Shown: piece after piece, positions 13,052 to 25,100 of the stretch
Layout: the number at the start of each line of letters is the position of its first letter
How positions within the stretch are numbered: the stretch's first letter is position 1
NCBI GenBank assembly: GCA_051313645.2
Contig: JBNRSN020000006.1
Location: forward strand, 93,992,001 to 94,056,000
Length of the DNA: 64,000 nt
Origin: Centroscyllium fabricii
Lineage: Eukaryota
Reading direction: 5' to 3'
The notes under the pieces: model-generated
Seen by the model: the letters and a program-made list of their open reading frames with translations, nothing else
What the model was told of the DNA's origin: nothing
The model's database searches: none
Program-made: the position numbers and the translations under genes

Positions 13052-14208
13052 CTGAAACAAATGAATGTGAGTAATGGTATATAATACAACTTTTTAACCA
13101 CAAAACAAAGGCACAAGTAGCTTTAAAAAAAAACTAAATCGTATTCTAAATTTACAGTACTCTATGTACACATTACATTTTTGTGTATCAACGCAGCGTC
13201 AGTCTTCACATCGCCTTCACTTGGAAAGTTAAAAAGGCTCTCTCGTTTCCTGCTTTTTTTTTTACATTTCCAAGCCACCTCACCTTAGCTGAAGGAACTG
13301 GATTTGGAGCGCGAGCGGCAGTAGGCGCATTTGCAGCACGAGTGGCAGCACGTGTACTTGGACTGCGAACAGGAGGAATTGTATTTGGATGCAGCTCGAT
13401 AAAGCAATGGCTTCTTCCTACAATGTACGTATTATTTAAGAAAACGTTAAAGCCCTGGTTGAAGTCATGAATGATGTGATTATGGTCTGTTATCGGTGGT
13501 GGAGGATGGCTGGAAGAAGGTAACTACTGGACAGCAGATTTTGGGGGTGGGGGTCGGGAGACTTGGATTGGAACTTGAGAGAGGGGTGTCAGGAGGCAAT
13601 TTGGAGCTCAGGTGACAGGACTGGTGGGCAGGAGCTCGGAGCTCGGGAGTGGGGCAGACTATGAAATGGGGTCAGGAAATTAGGGCTTGGGCGGAGGAAG
13701 AGAGGGAGACTAGGGATTGGGTGGGCATGGGACCCAACATCTCCTGCAGAGCTGCGAGCAGCAGCAGCAATGTGGTGAGTGGGAGCAGCGTTGAGAGTGG
13801 TGCAGCTAGTAAAGGGGGGGGGGGGGGGGTGAGTGAAACCTGGGGACCTAACTGTGGGTAAACAGTGAAAGACTTCCACTAATGGGCAAATGGGAAACAA
13901 GGGGACAGAGAGTGGGGATTCTCTGCGCTCAGTGAGCATCACAAGCTCCAATACATGGAGGAAATACAGGAGGGCAGAGTACGGGCCAGCAGCGGCCCAT
14001 AGAAGCGCTGTGGAGTTGGGAGCAGCACTCCTCCACACTCCACCAAAGGTAAAGTAAAAGAAAACTTTGCCCAGCCTTTCTTTAGCGGCTCCAGCAGTCC
14101 CTTTAAGGTCTGCAGTAGAACTGGAAAAACTAGTCAGAACATGCTAGGTGCATGCTCCACCTAGTTTTTCACGCATTTTGCAGAAGGGTCCTAAAAAAGG
14201 CACAGGAC

Positions 14209-14358
14209 CAATGTTCTTCTAATATTCGTGCATGGTCCCTTTAAATTGCTTCACGGCCCATTCAAATTTTGAGCATGCGCAGTTTTTACAATGAGCTGTC
14301 TGTCCTGGCATTCAGACACTGTGCATCTATGCGGCCGCATGGCTTAGAGGGAACATTG
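14209..14358. mobile_element. hAT-type MITE (~150 bp)
   Basis: TIRs caatgttcttctaa / ttagagggaacattg; degenerate 8-bp TSD cacaggac / cacatgat. Confidence 0.6.
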
Positions 14359-14719
14359 CACATGATCCTTCTTTTTATATTTAAATTGACCCAACGCTGT
14401 TTTCAGGCGGCTGCCAGGGACGTCTAAAATGAGTGAGGACCAATATGGCGATAGCCATGCCGTTGGCATAGGTCAGGTGCAAAACCTGTGCCCAGAAATT
14501 AGTATACATTGCACACATTTTACACCCAAACAGGCAAAATGTATGCCAATTTCTACCCTGTTGTGTCCAAATAGCGTTTGCTGAATGTGGCCCACGCCAA
14601 GTGCCAGGATCAGGCCCACCATATAAATGGAGTTTGACATCCCTTTTTTATCGATACCAATACATATCTTCTGTAATAGCTTGTCCTCTTGCCCCATTGT
14701 TGGCTCCTTTCTTTTTCTT

Positions 14720-15545
14720 GTCTGCATGGTCCATGCATGCTCATGATACCCAGCTCTACCTCTCTGCCGCAATCCTTTATTCCTCAACCACCACTGTGCT
14801 ATCTGACTGATCAGCTGACACCAAATCCTGGATGCGTAAGATTTCTTTCACCTTAGTCCCAAACTCTTCCCCTTCGGACGGTGCACAACCTCGTGGCATT
14901 TAACTTGAAGCTGAGCATCAAAGCCCACATGCTAGCCACCACCAAAACTACCTATTTCCACCCGTACATCGTTGCCCACCTTGGTCCCCAACTAACCCCT
15001 GCTGTTACTAAAACATTTATTCAACAGTTGGTCACTTCCAGATGCAAGTATTCTAATGCTCTATTCCAGAGTTCCACCCTTTACACCGGATATGCCAAAA
15101 CTCCACTGTCCAAATCACGTTCAGCAATCACCACTGTCCTTGACAACCTTAACTGGTTCCTTGTCTTTCACCATATCGATGTCAAAATCCTTGTCCTCAT
15201 CTATAAATTTCTCCATGGTATTTCCCTTCTCTATTTACAACCTCCTTCTGCCCCATGTTCCTCCACACACTATCTGCTCTTCCAACCCTGGAATTCTTTG
15301 CATCCCCCTCCCTCCACTTCACCGATGACCAGAGCTTTTAGCCATCTTGGCCGACACTCTCAGTTCTCCTAAAACCCCTCTGCCTCAGTACCCCTCTGCC
15401 CTCCTTCAAAATCTTCCTGAAAACCTACTTCTTTAATCTTGACTTTGCCCTCAATCCCTAATCCTTCTCACCATTGTTTGATTTCTGGAAATTTTTACCT
15501 CCGTGAAGCACTTCTTTTAAATGTTAAAGGTGCGATATACAAGTT
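14720..15545 (+). mobile_element. Degenerate L2 LINE 3' fragment
   Basis: HAHDTQLYLS, LVTSRCKYSNAL, LNWFLV..IDVKILVLIYKFLHG motifs of the L2 RT C-terminus. Confidence 0.75.
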
Positions 15546-16721
15546 CAATTTATCATTTTTAGAACTTTTGAGGGGCAAAAGTAATGTTTGAAATGAAAGG
15601 GGAAACCAAATTCAATAGTCAAAATATTTATTTACAAGTCCCAGTAGAACTGCAGGCATGACTCAACTAAGATGGGAATACCAGATGACAGAAGGGTAAC
15701 AGTGAGATATAAAACTTTCCATGCCACCTAGAACACCACTTACTTCATTGGCACAGATAGAATGGGGAAGAGAATGAAAGCATTTGAACGGGGAAAGGCA
15801 GTACACAATTGAAAAGACCCTCCAGGTTGGCTGACATTGAAGCTAAATTCTCCAATCTCAGGCTCCCAACAGGATGCCATGCTTAAAGCAAACCCATCTT
15901 GGAGACAGGGCTACAACACTAGCGGTGATTCTCTGACCCATGCTCCCACTGGGATTGGTGAGTTTACACGAGAACGTCAAATGAGACAGGACTGGTTTAC
16001 AGAGCGCAATTTGTGGCAGGCTACTGCACAAGAGGCAGATATGAGAGTCAGAAGAGCCCAGCAGACAGCAGATAGATTGGAGGTTCCCAAACAATTTTTC
16101 TGCTGGACCCATTCATAATTGATGTTCCATGTTCTCTTTGTAAGAAACAGTCTATCTGCATAATTAATGTTAGTGTAGATATAGCTGGTAACCCAGAATA
16201 CTTCAGCAGCTTTGTCACTTTAGCTGATTTAATTCTGCCTCCTTACACTTTTGGGTTTTAATATGAAGTCCAATCATATCATTAGAACTCACTGGCCGGG
16301 GATTCCTCGGACCTGCCCCCATTTCATAGATCCGAGAAATGTCCGGGCCACTGTGTCATGCGTCCTCCTCTTAGGCACAGGAGGTCAAAGAAAGGCAGCT
16401 GATTCAAGGGAACCAAGCTGATCAGCAGGGATATCAGCACTTCCTTTGGATTAGAAGCTGAAGGTGAAAATATCGGAGGCAATTTGGAAGAGTCAGAAAG
16501 ATGTGAAACTTGTGTTTCAGTGAGATTCCGTAGATGAAAATGAGAAGGCAGAAGATGAAAAGATCACAGATTCAGGGAGAGATCGTGAATAGTGCAGATA
16601 AAGTGACAAGAGAATGCAACAGACTTGGCAGGTACAGTGTGGTCAATTGTCCTGGAATGAAATAGCGAATTGATAAAATTATATTATATTGTACAAAACA
16701 ATCAAATGGTATGAAACTCAC

Positions 16722-16852
16722 AGGGTCCGAGAACCATCTGTTGGGAATATTTGGTCTTTGTTGTTCCACACATACAATTTTTCGCATATCTTCAAAGCTA
16801 GGGTCATTCGGTACCAGATCATAGAATGGAGGTTTATACTCTTCTGCAATAC
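16722..16852 (-). CDS. ACVR1L: ACVR1-family kinase exon
   Basis: [44 protein letters not shown]; 131 bp; ttgtag/gtgag boundaries; ends in phase 0. Confidence 0.96.
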
Positions 16853-16977
16853 CTACAAAGTGAGATGAATTAAGCTACTAAGCACATGTAATTTGAATTT
16901 CACAGTCTAAAACTATCCTAACTAAATGTTACAACCCAAAAAGGATCAAGATGACTGATGTCAACATGTGCGATGCT

Positions 16978-17785
16978 CCGGGGTTCTCAAGCGTGTGAGG
17001 CCCTCCCAGCCCCGGGGTTCTCAAGGCGGGCAATCCCCGGCCCCGGGGTTCTCAAGGCAGGCGATGCCCTCCCGACCCCGGGGTTCTCAAGGTGGGTGAC
17101 CCCCCCCCGGCCCTGGGGCTTTCAAGGCGGCGATCTCTCCGGCCCCGGGGGTTCTCAAGGCAGGCCATGCCCCGGGGGTTCTCAAGGCGGGTGATGCCCC
17201 CAGCCCCGGGGTTCTCAAAGCGGGCAATCTTTCCAGCCCCTGGGGTGCTCAAGGCAGGCGATCTCACCGGCCCCGGGGTTCTCAAAGCGGGCAATCTTTC
17301 CAGCCCCTGGGGTTCTCAAGGCGGGCGATCCCCGGCCCCGGGGTTCTCAAAGCGGGTGATTTCTCCGGCCCCAGGGTGCTCAAGGCGGGTGCTCCCTGGT
17401 CCCAGGGTGCTCAAGGTGGATGATCTCCGACCCCGGGATGCTCAAGGTGGGTATCTCCGGCCCCGGGGTTCTCAAAGTGGGCGATCCCCGGCCCCGCGGA
17501 TCTCAAGGCGGGGGAATCCCCAGCCCCAGCGTGCTCAAGGCAGGCGATCCCCGGCGTGCTCAAGGCGGGCAATCTCTTTGGTCCCGGGGTGCTGAAGGCG
17601 GGTGACCCCCTGGCCCCGGGGTGCTCAAGGTGGGTGACCCCCGACCCTGGGGTGCTGAAGGTGGGTGGATCCCCGGCCCCGGGGTGCTAAAGGCAGGTGA
17701 CCCCCGGCCCCGGGGTGCTAAAGGCGGGTGACCCCCAGCCCCGGGGTGCTCAAGGTGGGTGATCTCACCGGCTCCAAGGCCAGGG
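16978..17785. repeat. GC-rich minisatellite, ~31-34 bp unit (ccccggccccggggttctcaaggcgggcgat), ~24 copies, intronic
   Basis: Direct tandem repetition; the ORFs over it are translated repeats. Confidence 0.93.
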
Positions 17786-18659
17786 AATGCCGTGTTCAAA
17801 GTTGTGCCCAAGAAATTTCTGCACCACATCCGGTTACAGGAACAGTAAAGCAAAAACTTTGAATTCTTTTTAAATCTTTGTACTTTATAACAAGTGAAGC
17901 ATAATGTTGAAATGTTTGAACATTTGACTTACATTTGGAAATCAAAATAATCCTGAATCGGTGGTCCTTAATCACTCAGCTCATCTACACCAGTTGGGTA
18001 AGTTTAAACAGACTTGTGATAAAGGTACAGGCTAGGGCTGTATATGGGATGCAGGGGTCCCAATTTGATTGAGAGGGAATTCATCCTGTTTAAACTGCTC
18101 TTCTCGTGAAATAGAGCACCAGCACTAAGAGTTGTAGAAAAGTCTACAGTCCAGTCCTGTGTTATTCTCCAATGTTTTATGAAGGGTCGAAGCCTGAAGC
18201 AGCATCTTGTATTTTTTCTTCGGCCATTCTTAACAACTGCCCAAAGATTTTGGACCACAAAGTAATGTTGTGCGATATGCTCCTGATTTAAATGTATGGG
18301 CAACTGCTATGTGAAGAACAGATAGTTTCCCATATGACTTAGTAGGTTTAATCATTGAGTAGCTGATCTGCTCAGCATGAATCATACAGACCCAAATTTG
18401 ATTTGCATTCTGTGCCGAGTTGCCTGATCTCACCTGGGCTGAGGTAGGGATAAATAATTGAACTTGGGATAGGGAGAACATTGGGCCAGTATTTCAGCCC
18501 TTGACTCCAACTAGAAGTGTGCATAAGGATTGGGATTCCCATCCCTGATCGCTATACAGTATTTTTACCTCACTTCTGTCCTGACCAATATTTATCCCTC
18601 AACCAACATCACTAAAACAGTTATTTGGTCTTTATCACATTGCTGTGTGCAGAAATGCA

Positions 18660-19033
18660 GAAACACAGAAGATTGGAGCAGGAGTAGGCCATTTGGCCCT
18701 TCGAGCCTGCTCCACCATTTTGATGAGATCATGGCTGATCATCCAAACCCAGCACCCCCCTCCCCACATCCCCCGACACCCCCAACTCGAAGAACTACAT
18801 CCCACTCACATACACATGGGCAATTTAAAAAAAAGATTTTTTTTTAGTATCTCCAATTCACCTAACCTGCATGTCTTTGGGTGGTGGGAGGAAACCGGAG
18901 TACCCGGAGGAAACCCACACGAACACGGGGAGAACATGCAAACTCCACGCAGAGATCCCGGGCCAAGCAGGATTTGAACCCAGGAGCTCCTTATTGCGAG
19001 GCAGCAGTGCTAACCACTGCACCACCGTGTCGT
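18660..19033 (-). mobile_element. V-SINE (HE1-like), nested in an older SINE/L2-tail element
   Basis: Reverse complement gives tRNA-like head (cagtggttagcactgct...gggttcaaatcc), V-domain and CR1-like 3' end; flanks at 18550-18650 and 19034-19165 look like one older element. Confidence 0.8.
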
Positions 19034-19806
19034 GCAAATTGGCTGCTGCGTTTTCTACATTACAACAGTAACTGCACTTCAAAAGTAGTACATTGTGCTA
19101 TAAAGCACTTTGGGACATCTGGAGGACATGTAAAGTGCTATATAAATGCAAGTCTTTCTTTTTCTGCACACAGTCTTCAATTAAATGCCTAGCCATGCAG
19201 GCTGTCAAGAGAGTACTTGTCTAGCCCTTGCTTTGCATTTGTGGATGCATATTCCAGAATATACCTGCAAGACTGTTGCTCAGAATGTCCAGAACTGCAC
19301 CAACTGGGTCTCTTAGTGAGCAACTTACATTTATAGAACACCTTCCACATAATAAAACCTGTGTGTTATTGGAAGAGCTGGGGACAGCAAACAGGAAGTG
19401 TGAAAGAAGGGAACAAAGGCGTAGGTTTTAAGGGGGCTTTTTGAAGGTTGGGAGGTAGGTTATCAAAGGGAATGGGTTCAGGAAGAGAATGCTGATGTGG
19501 TGGCTGAAATACCTACCACAGTGGAGCAGTTTTTAGAATTGATTCCTGATTAAAGAACACTGGCTAGAAACAGCTTGCCAATAAGATTTTACAATATTGA
19601 GCAGGTTACTAAATATACTGCAATTCTGGGAACAATATAAAGTTTAAACATCAACAATTTTTAAACACACGATCATTTGATTTACTTAAGGCATAAAATC
19701 ATTTCAAGTAATTTACTTTTCGTTTCTTGAATTCAACTTGATTGAGATATCTGGCCCTGTAATAGAAAAAGATACTCGCAAATGTTGTAGTTGTAGTAAT
19801 GCTCAC

Positions 19807-20004
19807 CATTACTGAATGTTCTCCTAGTTACTTCCCACAATACAAGTCCAAATGCCCAGATGTCTACACGTTTGTAGGCATCAAAACAGTCAACTTGAAT
19901 AGATTCCTCAAGTACTTCTGGCGCCATATATCGTTTCGTGCCCACTTTTGGATTATTCCCAACATCCAACTGATTGTTAGTTTGTGAATGCATCACTGCT
20001 AACC
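19807..20004 (-). CDS. ACVR1L: ACVR1-family kinase exon (activation loop, GTKRYMAPE)
   Basis: [66 protein letters not shown](G); 198 bp; ttgtag/gtgag boundaries. Confidence 0.97.
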
Positions 20005-20095
20005 CTACAAAAAAAGAGATGTTGATTAATACAGCATTATCACCAAAAGTTTTTTTCTTCAAAAGTGAAGGCCGTGCAGGCCTTTAAGTACTCAC

Positions 20096-20371
20096 CAAGA
20101 TCAGCAATGCAACAATGCAGGTTCTTCTTTACTAAGATATTTTTGCTTTTCAGATCTCTGTGAGCAATTGCAGGTTTCCCCTCAGTTCCAAAAATTTCAT
20201 TGTGGAGGTGCACCAGACCATTGGCTATAGATAAAGCAAAATTCAGGCAAACTACAGTGTCCACTGTATTTCGTTGTAGATAGTCATAGAGTGAACCGTT
20301 CTCATGATAATGAGTGATGAGCCAAAGTTGGGTGCTAGAATTCCTTGACGTCATGTCGGACGCAATGAAAC
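20096..20371 (-). CDS. ACVR1L: ACVR1-family kinase exon (L45 loop, HRDLKSKN catalytic loop)
   Basis: [32 protein letters not shown]...[33 protein letters not shown](G); 276 bp; ttttag/gtgag boundaries. Confidence 0.97.
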
Positions 20372-22180
20372 CTAAAAGTAGAAAATCAAAACGGATAATT
20401 ATGACTGTGTTACAACATGTGGCAACTGAGGTACTTCTCTAACTCTTGGAGAAAGGTGCAACAAGAGACACAGACATGGAAGTTGTTAAGGTACAACGAG
20501 GAATCTAAAAAGGTACAAAAAGCACATGGACCAGTGCAGAGCACCTTATTGCACCCTGTGCTCACAGCACTGTAGTGCTGCCAAATAACCACACTTTGCG
20601 AAGCTGGTTTTTTTTTTTTTTTAAAGCCTTTTCTTGCTTTCCTCATTTGCGTTTGCATTAGTTGGACCTTTCCTATACAATTTCATCTCTCCCTATGGCA
20701 TTTCATCTTTATTTCCTTTCTATAATTTCTCATTTTATCTCTACTTTTTATCTGGTCTTCTGATACTTTAAAAAACTGACAACCAACCTGGTTTCCAATT
20801 CATGTATCATGACTCTGAAAATAGCATTATTACAGTAATGAAGTATTTTACATATCATGAGTGGCATTATTACTATAACAAAGAACCTATATAAGAAATA
20901 TAAAATTCACAAAATGCTAACTGAAGATTTTGCTCCCTTCTCACCGCTATTTTTTTTCTTTATCTATGCTAATTTACTTTGATTTCACCCAATTTTCGTA
21001 TCTTTCCTGATCTTTTTCCTGCCATTAAAAAAAGCTTTAAATCTTTTTCTCTAACTTGGCAGATTACCATATTGCAGGTGTGACGAGGTCAATCCTTGAT
21101 GCATATTTACATGTTAGACCAGGACATATGAGTATAATCATTATTAACACTCTGAGCCAAACAGTGACCAAACAAGTAAAATCAACTGTGGCACTTCTTA
21201 TTACTCTTTAATTTTGTCAGAATGTTCCCTTTTAATTTGATATGTCATTTGTGCCATACGTTTGTTTTTTCCCCCTTGAGCGGTTTACAGGGAAATAAAC
21301 AAGGAATGTCAGTCCCTCCACTTTCCATCCCTGTGAAGATTGTGCAGGTCCAAGGAAGGTTCAAAAGAGCGCCATCTGGAGGTTTGCTCTCTCCTCCTGG
21401 CCTCTGCTCATATCCCTGTACTGGTGGCTGTAGTCTTTGCTCACAGCCTTCCATGCATAGAGCCTTGCATTTTCATCCAGCTTGGATTAATTTATTATCC
21501 CTCCCTCTGTTTCAGGCTTTGGCAAACACTCTGGGAAGCAATGTCACAAAGTCCTCCATACCCACTGCAGATGTGGGAGGGCTCAAAAATGAGAAGGGAC
21601 CCAGACCTCAAGGCAGACTTTTAATTTGAAATGCACGGGTGGTGATAAAGATCTAGCCAAAAACCATTTTTAGGTATGAAATATAACAGCACTACAAGGA
21701 GGTAATCCAATGCTTTTTGTAGAGGTATCTGCATTAGGCCAAACAACCATAAAAAGGTCATTTACACCATTTGGGAGCCAGTATTACAAGTCTACAAATC
21801 CACAGGGAACTGGTTGACAAATAGCCAAAGTGCAGACACCAACAAGGTTCAAAATTATAGAATAAATGTTTTATTCAGTGCTGTATAGGAGGATTTTTGA
21901 TTACAATTAAACCACACAATGTTAAAGGGAATGTTGCATCATCGGTAGCAAGTTGGCTAAAGGGCAGAATTTTTTTTGGTGGTGAATGCATTTTTTTTGG
22001 ACTGCAGAGATGCAAACAGTGAAGATTAGTGTTGAGACCATTACTGCTTCCCCACTTTTCTCTCCAACATATCTAACATATATTCTCACATGTCTGAGCA
22101 ATGGTAGGCTTTAAAACAATAGTCTGTCTTTCACCGTGTTGTTTCTTAATTGCTGTGTGTGTGCATGTGCAGAATGCTAA

Positions 22181-25100
22181 CATAAGAACATAAGAAATAG
22201 GAGCAGGAGTAGGCCAATCGGCCCCTCGAGCCTGCTCCACCATTGAACAAGATCATGGCTGATCTGATCCTAACATCAATTTTACTTTTACTCTCCATCC
22301 CGCCCAAACCCATGTGATCACCCAGGGGAGACGGAAAACCAGATAAAAACCCCAGTGGCCAATTTGGGAGAAAAAATCTGGGAAATTCCTCTCCGACCCA
22401 TCTAGGCGATCGAAAACTGGTCCAGGAGATCACATGGCCGATCTGAACCTAGCCTCATGTCCACTTACCTGCCCGCTCACCATAACCCCTAATTCCCTTT
22501 ACTTCCAGGAAACTGTCTATCGCTGTTTTAAATTTATTCAATGTAGTAGCTTCCACAGCTCTCTGGGGCAGCAAATTCCACAGCCCCAACCTCTGAGTGA
22601 AGACGTTTCTCCTCATCTCAGTTTTGAAATGGCAGCCCCTTATTTTAAGATTATGCCCCCTAGTCCTAGTTTCACCCACCATTGGGAACATCCTCACCGC
22701 ATCCACCCGATCAAGCCCTCTCACAATCTTATATGTTTCAATAAGATCGTCTCTCATTCTTCTGAACTCCAATGAGTAGAGGCCCAATCTACTCAACGTC
22801 TCGTCATATGTCAGCCCCCTCATCCCCGGAATTAACCTAGTGACGTATCGTCAATTGGTCTTAATAAAAGACTGGACGAGTTGTTACCGTAACTAAAGGC
22901 TTTTATTAACTTACTTTGGAGCTACCCTCCGAACGAACATCAGAACAGAATGAGGGAGCCCCGGTCTGTCCTCACCTATAAAGGCCTCACCTGGGGGAGG
23001 AGTTAGAGGTGTGGCTGACCTGGCTCCACGACAGTATTACAGGGCTGTGTATCACACAAAGCCAATTGTTGACGACAATAATACAGTGGTAATAGTATAT
23101 ACAATATGGGTTACCACATTCACCCCTTCTTGAAAATTTTAAGTCCGGCAGGGTGAATGGACAAAGCAGTTCATTATGAGCTTGTCCGGCGGTCGTGTCA
23201 GTCTGGAGGACCGCCGGGGCTCCGATAAATGTTCCTCGTGTTCCGTACTGCTCGAGTCCGGTGGTGATGACAGCGGCTCTGGTGCCGTGATTTCAGATGC
23301 TGGTGGTCTCAAATGGTCCGAGCCATCGGAATGGCGGTCTTGGGCTGGCCACGGCTGGGGCTCTGGAAACCTCGGAGGCCATCGTAGATGTAGAGGGTGT
23401 TCTAGATACTGTGGCTGGGCGGGCTGCTGCCCGACCAGGGGCTCTGCTGCGGTGCTTCCTGCGGGCGCCAGGTCCCTGATGGATACGGTGTCCTCACGCC
23501 CGTCCGGGAACTGTACGTATGCATATTGCTGGTTCGCATGCAGGAGCTGCACCTTGTCCACCAGGGGGTCGGTCTTGTGGCCACGGACGTGTCTCCTAAG
23601 GAAGACCGGCCCCGGTGTCGTGAGCCATGGAGGAAGAGCTGTCCCCGAAGTCGACTTCCTGGGGAAGGAAAAAATCAAGTCATGAGGGGTGGCGTTAGTG
23701 GCCGTACACAGGAGAGAGCGTATAGAATGCAGCGCATCTGGGAGGACTGCCTGCCAATGGGACACTGGAAGGCCTCTGGACTTCAGGGCCAGGGTGACCG
23801 CCTTCCAGATGATCCCATTCTCCCTTTCTACCTGGCCGTTCCCCCGGGGGTTATAACTGGTCGTTCTGCTCGTGGCAACCCCTTTCTGGAGCAGAAACTG
23901 ACGCAGTTCATCGCTCATGAACGATGACCCCCGGTCGCTATGGATGTAGCTGGGGAGACCGAAAATGGCGAACAGCGTGGTGAAGTGTTTTATCACCGTT
24001 GCGCTCGTCATATCTGCGCAGGGGAAGGCGAAGGGGAAGCGGGAGAACTCATCTACGACCGTGAGGAAGTATGAGTTGCGGTCGGTGGTGGGGAGGGGGC
24101 CTTTGAAGTCCACGCCGAGACGTTCAAAGGGGCGGGTGGCCTTGATGAGGTGCACCGTGTCTGGCCGGAAAAAGTGGGGTTTGCACTCGGCGCAAACAGG
24201 GCACTCTCGGGTCATAGCCTTGATCTCCGTGATGGAGTAGGGGAGGCTACGGGATCTAACGAAGTGGGCGAGTCTGGTGACACCCGGGTGGCAAAGGCGG
24301 TCGTGGAGTTCCTTCAGCCAGTCTAGCTGGGCACTGGCGCATGTTCCCCTGGACAGTGCGTCCGGGGGTTCATTGAGTTTACCTGGTCGGTAAAGAATGT
24401 CGTACTCGTAAGTCGAGAGTTCGATCCGCCACCGCAGGATCTTATCATTCTTGATCTTACCCTTTTGTTTATTATTAAACATAAACGCCACCGACCGCTG
24501 GTCGGTGAGAAGGGTAAAACGCTTACTGGCCAGGTAATGACGCCAGTAGCGCACGGCCTCCACGATGGCCTGGGCCTCCTTTTCCACTGCAGAGTGGCGA
24601 GTTTCGGGTCCCTGTAGGGTGCGGGAGAAAAACGCCACGGGCCTGCCTGCCTGATTCAGGGTGGCAGCAAGGGCAAAGTCCGAAGCGTCGCTCTTCACCT
24701 GGAAGGGAATGGATTCATCAACAGCGAGCATGGTCGCCTTGATGATGTCTTCCTTTATCCGGGCGAATGCCGTTTGGGCTTCTACCGAGAGGGGGAAGAC
24801 GGCAGCCTTGAGGAGTGGTCTAGCCTTGTCCGCGAACTGTGGGACCCATTGTGCGTACTAGGAGAAAAATCCTAGGCATCTCCTCAAGGCTTTGGGGTTG
24901 TGAGGTAGGGGCAGTTCTTGAAGGGGGCGCATACGCTGTGGGTCGGGGCCGAGGACCCCGTTCTCCACCACGTATCCGAGGATGGCAAGCCGGTCTGTAT
25001 TAAAGACACATTTGTCTTTGTTATACGTGAGGTCCAGCTTATCCGCCGTGTCAAGGAATTTGGCCAGATTGGCATCGTGGTCCTGCTGGTCGTGGCCGCA

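Noticed and set aside
17052-17853. Several 60-170 aa ORFs
   Set aside because: They are translations of a stop-poor GC minisatellite.
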